From assembly GCA_965372795.1 (NCBI GenBank), contig CBDVDR010000002.1, positions 1 through 64,000 on the forward strand: a stretch of DNA of 64,000 nt. The letters are read 5' to 3'. Every line of letters starts with the position of its first letter. Positions within the stretch are counted from its first letter, which is position 1. A program made the position numbers and the translations under genes. This document shows, piece after piece, positions 21,240 through 33,400 of this stretch. The notes under the pieces are model-generated. The model saw only the letters and a list, made by a program, of their open reading frames with translations, was not told where the DNA came from and searched no databases. This DNA comes from an uncultured bacterium (lineage in GTDB: Bacteria > Zixibacteria > MSB-5A5 > GN15 > FEB-12).

Positions 21240-21588
21240 ATTTTTTTAAGTACTTTCTATGCATCAGCAAACCAAAGATTGTGACCGACACTAAAAATAT
21301 ATGTTTTACAACCAGAGCCGCTACTTGTCCTTTGCCTACTGCTGGATTCCATTCAAAATCCATGAAAAAAAAGGCACGGGGGATACCGGCAATTATAATA
21401 TATGTAAACGCTCCATAAGTTACATACGATAACTTTTTAAATACTTCGGGAGTAACCTTATCTTTGACTTTTCCTGAATCAAGCAGCCTCCCCAAAAAGT
21501 ATATCACAGCAATATTTGATGCCAGCAACGCTGTTGCCAGATCGTGAAAATAATTGCTGATCATCAATGTGATTTTTAAAATATCCAT
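21226..21588 (-). CDS. Small polytopic membrane protein (CopD-like) with intramembrane His residues
   Basis: Three hydrophobic helices with NYFHDLA and VVKHIF. Start moved from 21639 to ATG 21588, just after the upstream stop. Confidence 0.65.
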   Translation of the reverse strand: MDILKITLMISNYFHDLATALLASNIAVIYFLGRLLDSGKVKDKVTPEVFKKLSYVTYGAFTYIIIAGIPRAFFFMDFEWNPAVGKGQVAALVVKHIFLVSVTIFGLLMHRKYLKKYGSK

Positions 21589-21592
21589 AATA

Positions 21593-22567
21593 TTAATAAT
21601 TGAAAATAAGTATGCTTTTCGCCGCCGGATCTGCAACAAAAATTTGTTTATTACGCCGATCTATTGCTATTCCGGATGGTCTGACAAAAGCACTGTCAAC
21701 TTTATAAGAAGATATATAATGTCCCAGTGTATTAAACATATGGATTGAAGCATTATTGCCATCTACGACATGAATACGTCCATGATATTGGATTCCACTC
21801 GGATCAAAAATGGATGTGTCCTGCATCGAGGGATCAATTATATTATCCATATCAATTGCCTGTGGTGAAAACTTTTGAGTTGTACTAATAGTATCAAACG
21901 GGTACATAAATTGACCATCGCAGCTGTAAGCCGATATTTTCCCACCAGATACATCACCGACAATCATACGGCCATCCTCTGATATAAACATTGCCGATGG
22001 AAACCCGATAGTTTGGTTGGAATCAGATGGAATATATAAAATTAACTCGCCTCGTTCGGTTAGGTTACCAACATCAACCATCGAAACGGCCATTATTTTT
22101 TTCAGACTTATATCACCAACATATAAAACTCCACCATAATATACCAAACTGAAAGGGGATAGTTGAGTTATTTGATCGGGAAGAGTTCCAAACGATGTTT
22201 GATAAACACCATTACGGTCATAGATTACAATCAGATGTTTGGCGTGGTCAATCACATAAATGGCAGAATCTGAAATTGTGAAAGAGGTCGGGTAAACAAG
22301 TGAAGGTTTATTTAAATGAATTGCCCCGACATGTTCCATCTTGTTATTATAAACATCAATCAACGGCATTTTGCTATAACTGACAAAAAGAGTATCCTGG
22401 AAAAATTGCAACCTTACCGGACTTAAAGTTTGCTCACCATAAGCAATTCGATGAGTTGCCACTAATTCAGGCACTCTTAAAAAAGGATCGACTTCGACTT
22501 GCTCTTTATCACAACCGATAGCAAAAAATAGAATAAGAATTATATTTATAATATGAAGTAATTTCAT
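21593..22567 (-). CDS. NHL-repeat beta-propeller lipoprotein
   Basis: Lipobox-like FAIGC; repeated P..I.....IYV.D....I..YD..G blades. Confidence 0.8.
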   Translation of the reverse strand: MKLLHIINIILILFFAIGCDKEQVEVDPFLRVPELVATHRIAYGEQTLSPVRLQFFQDTLFVSYSKMPLIDVYNNKMEHVGAIHLNKPSLVYPTSFTISDSAIYVIDHAKHLIVIYDRNGVYQTSFGTLPDQITQLSPFSLVYYGGVLYVGDISLKKIMAVSMVDVGNLTERGELILYIPSDSNQTIGFPSAMFISEDGRMIVGDVSGGKISAYSCDGQFMYPFDTISTTQKFSPQAIDMDNIIDPSMQDTSIFDPSGIQYHGRIHVVDGNNASIHMFNTLGHYISSYKVDSAFVRPSGIAIDRRNKQIFVADPAAKSILIFNY

Positions 22568-22570
22568 TAC

Positions 22571-23392
22571 TCAACCATAGACGTGAATAGTTTGATATAC
22601 ATAACCAACACCCCATAATGCGAAAATAACGGTCAAAGCTGCGATAATTGTCAACCAGGCGAAAAACTTGGGGGATACTTTAAAACCCATCCGGCTGTGA
22701 AGAACAAGCCCATACAGCAGCCAACTGATCAATGACCATAATTCGATAGGGTCCCAGGCCCAATACCTGCCCCAGGCGTTATGTGCCCAGATTGAACCCG
22801 ATACTATCATCACACCCCACAAAATCAAACCAAGGATGACAAAATTTAATATTGATTTAGGGAGAGATTTATATTCTGGGATTTTTTCTGCGGTTTTAAT
22901 ATGACTGTTCAGCCATTGCTCACCTAACAGATAGATTGCCGAAAATGATGATGCTATAACAAAAGTTGCTGCTCCGGCGGTTGCAAACGAAGCATGAATA
23001 AACAGCCAGACATTATCCAAAGCTGCCGACAGCGGCGAGGCTTCAACCGGCAAAGATGCCGACCAGCCTAAGAGTAGAAACGAAACTAAAGAAATTGGAA
23101 CAACGATAATTGATGATCTCGAGGATACTTTTTGAATGATTTGAAAGACTAATAGAATAAACCAAACCGACATTGTCATTGATTCAAACAAAGTTACAAA
23201 CGGTGGGTGACCGGATGCTGCCCAGCGAGTGATTCCAAATATTGTCAAAGTGATTAGTGCTGCCCGGCTTGAATAATTGGCATATTTTAATGCTGATGAT
23301 TTATTCAGAGTGATTGCAATAATACTCAGGAAAAAAGCAATTGCAGCAAATAGGGCGGTTGACCAGTAAAAAACAGATTCTAAAGAGCTCAT
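22571..23392 (-). CDS. ccsA: Cytochrome c synthase CcsA (System II)
   Basis: WWD motif WGRYWAWDPIE, conserved His (GHPP, FIHAS, C-terminal IHVYG), multiple TM helices. Confidence 0.93.
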   Translation of the reverse strand: MSSLESVFYWSTALFAAIAFFLSIIAITLNKSSALKYANYSSRAALITLTIFGITRWAASGHPPFVTLFESMTMSVWFILLVFQIIQKVSSRSSIIVVPISLVSFLLLGWSASLPVEASPLSAALDNVWLFIHASFATAGAATFVIASSFSAIYLLGEQWLNSHIKTAEKIPEYKSLPKSILNFVILGLILWGVMIVSGSIWAHNAWGRYWAWDPIELWSLISWLLYGLVLHSRMGFKVSPKFFAWLTIIAALTVIFALWGVGYVYQTIHVYG

Positions 23393-24465
23393 TCGTTGTT
23401 CTTAATTTCCCAAACTCTTGGCAAAAATCCTATTAACATTCCAATTAATGCCGACCAAAACCCAAAAAACACTAAATTCAAAAAAGGGCTGTCGACAACA
23501 CTTATATAACACCATCGCCTGAGACCAGTGAACGATAAAGTGTAATCATCGAACTTTACAGTCTCTTTTAATCCTAAGTCTCCAAGATACAACTGTTTTT
23601 GTTCATTTTCAACTGAAATATTTAATATGATGTTGTCTAAATCAGAACTTTCAATGTCCTCTATTTTAAGATTTACTCTCGCATTGAGGGTGGGAATCAA
23701 CACATAATCAGCATGAATCGTTTTACCTTTTGATTTTTGTATTGCCAGGCGGATATATGCTGAAAAAATTGGATTGTCATCCTTATCTTTTATCTCAATT
23801 TTAGGAGAATATCCCGTAAATAACCCGTAATGAAACTCAAGGTCCTGCCACCTGAAAGGATGATTAGTATAAACAAATTTTTCTATCGGATTTGAATAGC
23901 CTCTGGGTAAAATTGAAATTTGAGCCGCACTGGTTTGGGCATCCTGAACTTGGTATGATTCATCAATCTTTTCAAGCTTAAGATTAAACCGGTTTAATTC
24001 GGCTTCGTGCAAAGGACCCTTGTAGATTTTGTGATAATTATCTTCCTGATCTAATACCAACTGCCCCTCTGTTAAACTAAAAACACCTTCTGATTTATAA
24101 AGAAAATTCAGAATTATCCCAACCATAATTAATACCAATGACAGATGGAATATTATTGATCCAAGATGTCGGGCTTTTAATAGATTTTTTTCTACTTTAT
24201 ATACAGTGAGAAACCGTTTGATATTCCCAAAGGTTAGATTCAAGGCCAAGAGCCCCAGCAATACAAAAAATGGGGGAGCCGTATAAATCCTGTCCAGCCC
24301 TAATTTGTCTATGATAATATAATAGTCACCAAGCGACTCTTCCAGATTAATAATTTGATCTTGAGATATATCTTCCTGAGGAATAATTGCAGAAAATAAT
24401 ATATGAAGAATTAATAGAGATATTAAAATAAATGCTAAACGGGTGGATGCAAAATTAATTCTCAT
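23389..24465 (-). CDS. resB: Cytochrome c biogenesis protein ResB/CcsB
   Basis: N-terminal TMs, GSIIFHLS, periplasmic domain with TNHPFRW, C-terminal TM; ATGA-coupled to ccsA. Confidence 0.85.
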   Translation of the reverse strand: MRINFASTRLAFILISLLILHILFSAIIPQEDISQDQIINLEESLGDYYIIIDKLGLDRIYTAPPFFVLLGLLALNLTFGNIKRFLTVYKVEKNLLKARHLGSIIFHLSLVLIMVGIILNFLYKSEGVFSLTEGQLVLDQEDNYHKIYKGPLHEAELNRFNLKLEKIDESYQVQDAQTSAAQISILPRGYSNPIEKFVYTNHPFRWQDLEFHYGLFTGYSPKIEIKDKDDNPIFSAYIRLAIQKSKGKTIHADYVLIPTLNARVNLKIEDIESSDLDNIILNISVENEQKQLYLGDLGLKETVKFDDYTLSFTGLRRWCYISVVDSPFLNLVFFGFWSALIGMLIGFLPRVWEIKNNE

Positions 24466-24483
24466 TTTGATCCACCCTATATC

Positions 24484-27400
24484 TTAATAAGCTTTATTAC
24501 TATGAACTTTACAGGTCTCTGTCCAGCATCTATTAGCTCCGAAGTCCACTTGAGATAAAAATCCATTAACGAAGTTCTCAACCGGTTGTTGATTTCCGGT
24601 AGAGCCATCCTGCTCATTGTAAACCCATTTTCTATTCTGACCATGAATCCAAATTTTTATTGGTGGAGCTAATGAGGCAGTATTATCATAACCACCGGGC
24701 CAATCATCAGTTGGTAATCCAAGACCGGCTGTATTTGAATGATCCCACATATGGCATGAGAAACAACCGGGACCTTGCTTATGTTGACCTTGTGTACCCG
24801 GATGATCATCATAATCAGATGGAGCACCACTGCCTTCCCAATAAACAGAGGCCAAATGGCATACATCACACAAAGGTGTTCCGACAGTGCTGTTCGATAC
24901 TATCGTTGCTACTAACAAATGATCTGTATTAGAACCATGTGGACCTTCAGGATCAGTAGAAGTGTCAGAACGGTGACAATCAGAACAGTAATTTATCTTG
25001 GATGTTGCCCATGGTTCATTCATCGTTGTGCCATCACAGAATGGGTTATCACCGGCTCTTACAATTGCATGAGAAGAAGGATAATCAGGATTTATTTCTT
25101 CAGCCAGATTTCTTGAACCACCTGGAAGAGTTACATAATTCGAGTGACACTTCATACAAATCTGATATTCTTTCGTTGCCGGATCAACTTTTGTAAAACT
25201 TACCGGAGCTGCAAATACATTAGCATTATCTGTAGGAACCGGCACTGAAGGCCAGGTTGGTTCCACGCCCCAGACTCCCTTAAGTGCCCCCGATACCAAG
25301 TTAGACGAACCATCATGAGTACCTTCCTGAGCCGCATGAGGATTATGACAATCTTCACACTCAGCATGGCGGTTGCCATCACCAAGGTTTGCAGCCGTCT
25401 CATCAGCCGAATGTCGCCCACTATATGTGCCGGTTGGATGAGTATAAGTTCGACTGAAAGCAACACCAATATTGGTAGATGTACTTGTCATTGTCTGGAC
25501 TCCGTAAATATCACCCGATGAATGACAGGTCAGACAGAATTTTTCTTCAAGCGGATCCGCCGGCGAGGAAACAGTTGAGTCGCTCAATATTCTACGATAT
25601 GGGCTGTCATGTAACCCAAATTCATTAAATGATTTTGATAAATTATCATTGTGACATTTAACGCAGTTAGCATTAAACGAAGAACCATCACTAAATGTTG
25701 AAGACGGGGCATTATAGTTATGAGCACTTGAAGCATCAAAATCTGATTTTGGGACTATCATTGTTTCAGTCGTACCATCCGGTTGAGTATAACTTTTAGT
25801 TTGGGCAGATGTATGACATGACAAACAGATACCACCATCACCGGATGAGGTATAGTCAGAATTCAAAAACACTGAACCATCGCCTTGAGTTACCGAAGTA
25901 TTTGCAGAAATTCTGAGATTAGCAGCTCTTGTAGCACCAACTCCGGTGTTCACATCATCACGGAAAATATCATGATGAACGTGACACATCAAACAGGTTT
26001 TTGATGATAGGGTATAATCAGCATTGTCACTATTGATCTGGTGATGATATGTTGACGTACTTGAATTCATAGGGTTATAAATACTTGAGTGACATCCACA
26101 CCCGTCGCCACCGCTTGGCTCACCACCGGCCCCCGGGGAAAAACCATCAGCGTGAGTATGACAAGCTGCTCGACAATCTTCAACATCATGATTATGATCA
26201 CTAGGTTGTGTTCCATCATTTCTAAAATACTTAGTGGTTGTATGACATACTTCGCATATTTCAGTATAAACAGCGTTGGTTCTGTCTGCCATTGCCCCGT
26301 GAGTATCACTTCCGGCTGTCGGATCAGGAGAGTTAAACGGGTCGCCTTCTCCTAAAGTTTTAAATAGAACTGGCTGGTCACCATCATTTGGTGTTGCGAT
26401 TATTTCTCTAATAAGATAAATATTCGCCGATCCATGAGGTGTATGACAGGTAATACAGGTTTGGGTATTATGATTTGGAAGATTATGACAGGCTGAGTTC
26501 GGTCCGCCACAGTTCTCAGAATTGTTGGTGCGATGGAGTAAATTACCATCACCTAAAATTGCCGAACTTGTGACCGTTAATTCGTTACTGTTGGCAGTGT
26601 AGTCATCTGTTATTGTTCCACCTTTTTCATCATCAACAAAGAAATATAAATCATAGTCCCCGGTTGTTTGACCATCCGGTACTTTCCAAAGAACAGAGGC
26701 TTCATAAATACCGCCAGAGACATGGCGAACTCTAAGGTCTTGTTCTCCATGACGGGCATTGTTTACCAAAGTATATTCTGTCGAACCGGCATCTCGAACT
26801 TTCATTGTAATCAAAAATCCACCTTTACCTGGCAAATCTATATCGGTAAAGGTACCTTTGATCATTGTAAAATCTGAACCGATGCGGTTGATAGAATTTG
26901 GAATAGCTTCTGTATTATCAGCTGTCAATGTTGGACTGTTATTTGAGATAGCATCGTATATTTCTAATTCATCCCAGTTATTTTGATAACCGTCAAATGA
27001 AGTGTCGGTACCTTCAATAACATGGAAATATAAATCATACGGTCCAAGAGTTTGACCATCAGGAGGTTCCCAGTTAATCGCAGCTGTATAAACACCACCG
27101 CCCTGATCAACAATTGTTACTCCGCCCTGACCATGTCCCAAATTATCTGCCAGAACTATTTCTGTGTCAGTTGAGTCTTTAATTTTAAAAGTAACACTGA
27201 AAACAGAAACGGCAGGTGAATCGCCATCGGAAAAATTAGCTGAGATAGTTACCGGATTCGTTCCAACTCTTTCAACTGCAATTGGTGAAGAAAAAGTGCC
27301 ATCAGAGGGTACAACCGGGGGTAAATTATCACCCGCAGTTGTGATTGTAAGTTCATCAGAATTGTTTGCAAATATATCACCAACACTGTCTATACCGTCA

Positions 27401-30400
27401 TAGACTAAGAATTCCAAATCATAAGTACCGGTAATTGCATACTCCGGCGGGTCCCAATCAATCGAAGCAGTATATGAGTCACCACTACCGGCGGTTATGC
27501 TTAACCCGCCTTGACCATCTTGTAATCCGTCTGCAATCGTGATTAATTCCTGATCATATAGTGCCATGACTTTAAAGGTTATATAAAAACCATTCACACC
27601 GGGATCATCAGCATCGTTAAAGACTGTACTTAGGGTAGTTGTCGCTGCGCCTGCTCGTGCTAACGAGGTTGGACTAACAGATGTATTTCCTGAAGTAACA
27701 ATTGGTGTATTGTTTGACAACACTTCATTTATTAAAAGTTCATTAATGTTTAAATTATATCCATCAATAGCATTAGTAGTACCGGTACCGTCATCAACTT
27801 CAAGATACAGATCATAAAGTCCAAGTGTTTGGGCATCGTCCGGATTGTAGGTGTATTGGGCTGTGTAAGAACCTCCGCCATTATCAGTAACTGTTAGACC
27901 GCCGGCACCATGTTGAAGATTGTTAACCAGCGTTAATTCAGTTAAATCATTCGGTTCTCTGATTTTTATAGTTATAAAAAATGCCGTATTAGAATGTTCA
28001 TTGATATCTGAAAAATCACCGGAAATAGTAGTCGTAACAGCACCAATTCGGTTAACTGGTGTTATCGAAATCTGAGTTGAACTACTTGCTATTGTTGGAG
28101 CTGCTGCCGGTATAACTTCATTTAATGTCAATTCATCAGGGTTGGCAGCATAGCCGTCAATTGCATTATCAGTTCCATCTGAAACTTCAAAATATAAATC
28201 ATAAACTCCGATATTTTGAGCATCATCTGGATTATAAGTATAACTGGCAGTAAATGAACCACCACCATTATCAATTATAGTCAGTCCGCCACCGCCATTA
28301 GGCTGGTTGTTAACCAATGTGTATTCAGTCAAATCTGCTTCGCGAATTTTAAAATATACCAAGAAGGCACTTACGCCCGGCTGGTCTGTATCGGTGAAGT
28401 CAGTTGATATTACCGTAGTATTCGCCCCGTAAATATTTGCTGTTGTTGGTGATACTTGTGTCGCACTGGCTACTATTGATGGAACATTATTTGGAATAGT
28501 TTCTGTAATTGTTAACTCATCACTATTAGGAGAATATCCATCTATTACATTATCAGCACCATCGGAAACTTCAAAATATAAATCATAAAGACCGAGTGCT
28601 TGAGCATCGCCCGGGTCCCACGTATATGAAGCAGTATAACTGCCACCGGAATTATCTATTATAGTTAATCCGCCATTACCATTCGTGAGTCCGTTTACCA
28701 AAATAACTTCGGTAGAGTTGTCAGGCTCTTGTACTTTAAATGTAACCGTAAAGGATGATACGGCAGGCTCATCAATATCAGTAAAATCGGTTGAGATAGT
28801 AGTAGTGTTAACTCCAAAACGGTTTATAGATGCAGGGCTGACAGTCGTTGCATCTGATACAACCGTAGGTGCATTTTGTTGAAATATAGTTAATTCATTT
28901 GGATTGTTTGGGTAACCGTCAATTACATTATCAGTACCATCTGATACTTCGAAATATAAATCATAAACATCCAAAACCTGAGAGCCTGAAGGATCATAAG
29001 TATAATCGGCGCGATAATCTCCACTGCCCAAATCAGTAATCGTAAGTCCGCCACCGCCATTTGATTGATTATTTACAAGGAAATATTCAGTTGAATTAGT
29101 CTCTCTGATTTTGAAAGTTACAAAAAATGCTCCAACGCCGGGTACATCGGAATCTGAAAATACTGTTGAAATAACAGTTGTATTGGTACCAGCTCTGTTA
29201 ACTGTTGAAGGTGTTACCTGGGTAGCATTAGCAACAACCGTTGGGGGATTATTAGGCAGGACGTCAACGATTTCAAATTCATTATCATTAGATGCATAAT
29301 TGTCAATTACATTATCGGTTCCATCGGAAACTTCAAAATACATATCATACAATCCGGTTGTTTGAGCATCATCAGGGTTGTAAGTATAACTGGCTGTATA
29401 ATTGCCGCCTCCGCCTGATGTTATAGTCAGGCCGCCACCACCGTTAGATTGATTATTAACCAGAGTGTATTCGGTTGAAACATTATCACGGATTTTAAAT
29501 GTTACACTAAAAGCACCAACGCCGGGATCATCAACATCAAAAAAGTCTGTTGAAATAATTGTATTTTCTGACCCGAATCTATTTACTTGTCCTTTGCTTG
29601 ACGAGGTTGCACCGGCTGTAACTGTTGGAGCTGATTGAGTAGTTATTGTAAATTCATTATTATTATTTGTATAAGCATCGTTATCACTACCGCCTCCATC
29701 AGAGACTTCAAAATACAAATCATATAAACCTATTGTTTGAGCGTCACCCGGATCATAAGTGTAATCTGCTCGATAATCACCACCGGTCAAGTCAGTAATA
29801 GTTAATCCACCACCGCCATTCGGTTGATTATTAACCAGTGTATATTCTGCCTCAACATTATCTTTAATTTTGAAAGTGCAGTTAAAAGCGCCTACACCCG
29901 GGATATCCGTATCAGTAAACAGAGCTGAAATAACCGTTGTATTAACACCGATTCGATTAATCGATGCTGCTGAAACCTGGGTTGCACCTGCAACTACTGT
30001 TGGTGCAACACTAGGTACTGTATAAGTAATCGTTAATTCATTATCATTACTTGCATACCCATCAATCGCATTATCTGAACCATCTGTAACTTCAAAATAT
30101 AAATCATAAGCCCCAATGTTTTGAGCATCATCCGGATTATATGTATAATTGGCCGTATAAGATCCACCGCCGTTATCGACAATTGTTAAACCGCCGCCGC
30201 CGTTCGGCTGATTGTTGACCAGCGTATATTCGGTCAAGTCAGCTTCTTGGATTTTAAATGTTACATTAAAAGCACTCACACCCGGATCATCAGTATCAGT
30301 GAAATCAGTTGAAATAATAGTCGTGTTAGATCCGTAAGCATTAACCGATGCCGGTGCAACGGTAGTTGCACTTGCTACAACAGTTGGCACAGCATTGGGA

Positions 30401-33400
30401 ATTGTTTCAGAAATTGTAAGTTCATTGTCGTTACTGGCATAAGGGTCAATGCCATTATCGGTTCCATCTGAAACTTCAAAATATAAATCATACAATCCTT
30501 CAGTTTGAGCATCATCAGGATTATAAGTATAAGATGCCGTATAACTGCCACCACCACCATCGGAGATCGTTAAACCGCCAACGCCATTTTGTAGGTTATT
30601 TACTAATATTAATTCAGTGCTGTTATTTGGTTCACGAATTTTAAACGTACAGAAAAAGGCCGACACCCCCGGGATATCAGTATCGGTAAACTGAGTCGAG
30701 ATTGTAGTTGTATTAGCGCCATATCTGTTTACATCAACCGGATTAACCTGAGTTGCACCGCCGGTAACTGTTGGAAAATTATTTGATAGTTGGTCAACAA
30801 CTTCAAGTTCATCAAGGTTGTCAGTAGAATCATCAATAGATGTAAAACTCCCGTCATTGACTTCAAAGTGCAAATCATATAATCCAATAGTTTCATTGTT
30901 TGCCGGGTTCCAGGTATACTCGGCGCGGTAACTTCCACCACCATAATCTGTAATTGTTAAACCGCCGCCACCATGAGTTTCGTTCGATACAAGAACAACA
31001 TCAGTAGAATTATCAGGTTCTCTCACAATCATTGTAACAGTAAATGCAGAAACAGCATGCTGGTTAGCATCTGTAAAGTCCGTATAGATTGTTGTCGTAG
31101 TTGTTTGAGTCCCCTTACGTGCTACCGGTGAAACCGTAACCGCTGTTGCACCTGTAACAATAACTGGTGCCACAGCAGGTGCGGTATAGGTAATCGTTAA
31201 TTCATTATCGTTACTTGCATATCCGTCAATTGCATTATCAGCTCCATCAAAAACTTCACAATATAAATCATAATCGTCGATATTTTGCGCATCATCAGGA
31301 TTATATGTGTAATTAGCAGTATAAGAACCACCGCCATTATCAATTATTGTTAAACCGCCCCCACCATTTGATTCGTTATTAACTAATGTATATTCAGTCA
31401 AATCGGCTTCACGGATTTTAAATGACACACTAAAAGCACCCACACCCGGCTCGTCAACATCAGAAAAATCAGCTGAAATTACTGTTGTGTTTGAACCAAA
31501 AGCATTCACAGATGCCGGTGAAACAGTAGTTGCACTTGCGCTGATTACGGGGGGATCATTCAAAGCTGTAACGGTAAAGGTTGCTGCATCTTCATCCCAG
31601 AGAGAACCCGGATCAGTGGCACGAAATGTTATAGTTTCGTTTCCATTCCAATTTATATCCGGTATTGTAATTGTGGCGACTCTACTGGTAATATCAACAG
31701 TAAGTTCAGTGTTGCCTGTATATGACCAGATCATTTCAGTCTCAGTGTTATCAACATCAGAAACATAGTCATCTAAAGTTATCGTTGTAAATGAAGAACC
31801 TTCTGGAACAGATTGGTTTGGTATATCAGTTACAATCGGCGGATCGTTTTGAGCAGTGACTGTAAATGTTGCCGCATCTTCATCCCATAATGATCCCGGG
31901 TCGGTTGCCCGGAATGTTATTGTTTCGTTTCCATTCCAATTTATATCAGGAATTGTAATTGTGGCGACTCTACTGGTTATATCAACCGTTAGTTCAGTGT
32001 TTCCGGTATAAGACCAGGTCATCTCAGCATCGGAGTTGTCAACATCAGAGACATAGTCATCTAATGTAATTGTTGTAAATGAAGAACCTTCAGGCACTGA
32101 TTGGTTAGGTATATTAGTTACAATCGGCGGATCGTTTTGAGCTGTAACAGTAAAAGTTGCTGGATCTTCATCCCAGAGTGATCCCGGATCGGTGGCACGA
32201 AAAGTAATCGTTTCGTTTCCATTCCAATCTGTATCAGGTATTGTAATTGTTGCCACTCTACCGGTTATGTCTACTGTCAGCTCAGTGTTACCACTGTAAC
32301 TCCAGGTCATATCAGCATCAATGTTGTCAACATCTGAAACATAGTCATCCAAATTTATGGTAGTAAATGATGACCCCTCAGGAACAGACTGGTTGGGAAT
32401 ATTAGTAACTATCGGTGGATCATTTTGAATTGTTACAGTAAATGTTGCCGGGTCTTCATCCCAAAGCGAGCCGGGGTCGGTTGCCCGGAAAGTAATTACT
32501 TCTACGCCACTCCATTCAATATCAGGAATAGTAATAGTGGCAACCCGACTGGTTATATCAACCGTTAGTTCAGTGTTTCCGGTATAAGACCAGGTCATCT
32601 CAGCATCGGAGTTGTCAACATCTGATACATAGTCATCTAATGTTATCGTAGTAAATGTCTGACCTTCCAAAATTGTCTGATTCGGAATATTAGTTACAAC
32701 CGGCGGATCGTTTTCTGCAGTAACAGTAAAGGTTGCTGCATCTTCATCCCATAGTGAACCCGGGTCAGTGGCACGAAAAGTAATAGTTTCGTTTCCATTC
32801 CAATCTGTATCCGGTATTGTAATTGTTGCCACTCTGCTGGTAATATCAACGGTAAGTTCAGTATTGCCCGTATAAGTCCAGTTCATCTCAGCATCAGTAT
32901 GGTTTGGATCAGAAACATAGTTATCTAAATTTATGGTCGTGAAACTTGAACCTTCAGCAATTGACTGGTTCGGAATATCAGTAACAACGGGTGGATCATT
33001 GGCGACAACCGGCTGTGCATCAAGAACAACATTATCCCAGTTTATTTGGATTTGTGCAGAGTTATTATTTCCTGTTTGTACATTAGCATAAAGACGAATT
33101 TCATATATTCCGTTTTCATCAAAAAAACTGCTTACATCAAGTAGACTAACTGTACCTGTTATTGGAACAGCAGGTGCTGATGGAGTAGAAGTCTCTGACC
33201 AAATTGTTACTTCTGCACTACTTGGTTTGACAATTCGTACTTCTATGTCAGTTGCATCTTGTGCAATACTTGCGAATGATATTTTTTGCCACCATAAAGA
33301 TAAGAAGACATCATCGGTACTATTTATTACTGTAGTAATACTTTGAGCATCATACCATTCAAATGGAGTTTTCTTCCCTGTTCCTGATAAATCTTTCAAA

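Noticed and set aside
26563..33000. Tandem DNA repeats as a CRISPR array or DGR template/variable pair
   Set aside because: The units are in-frame protein domains of 288 or ~384 bp, with no spacers and no cas or reverse transcriptase gene in the window.
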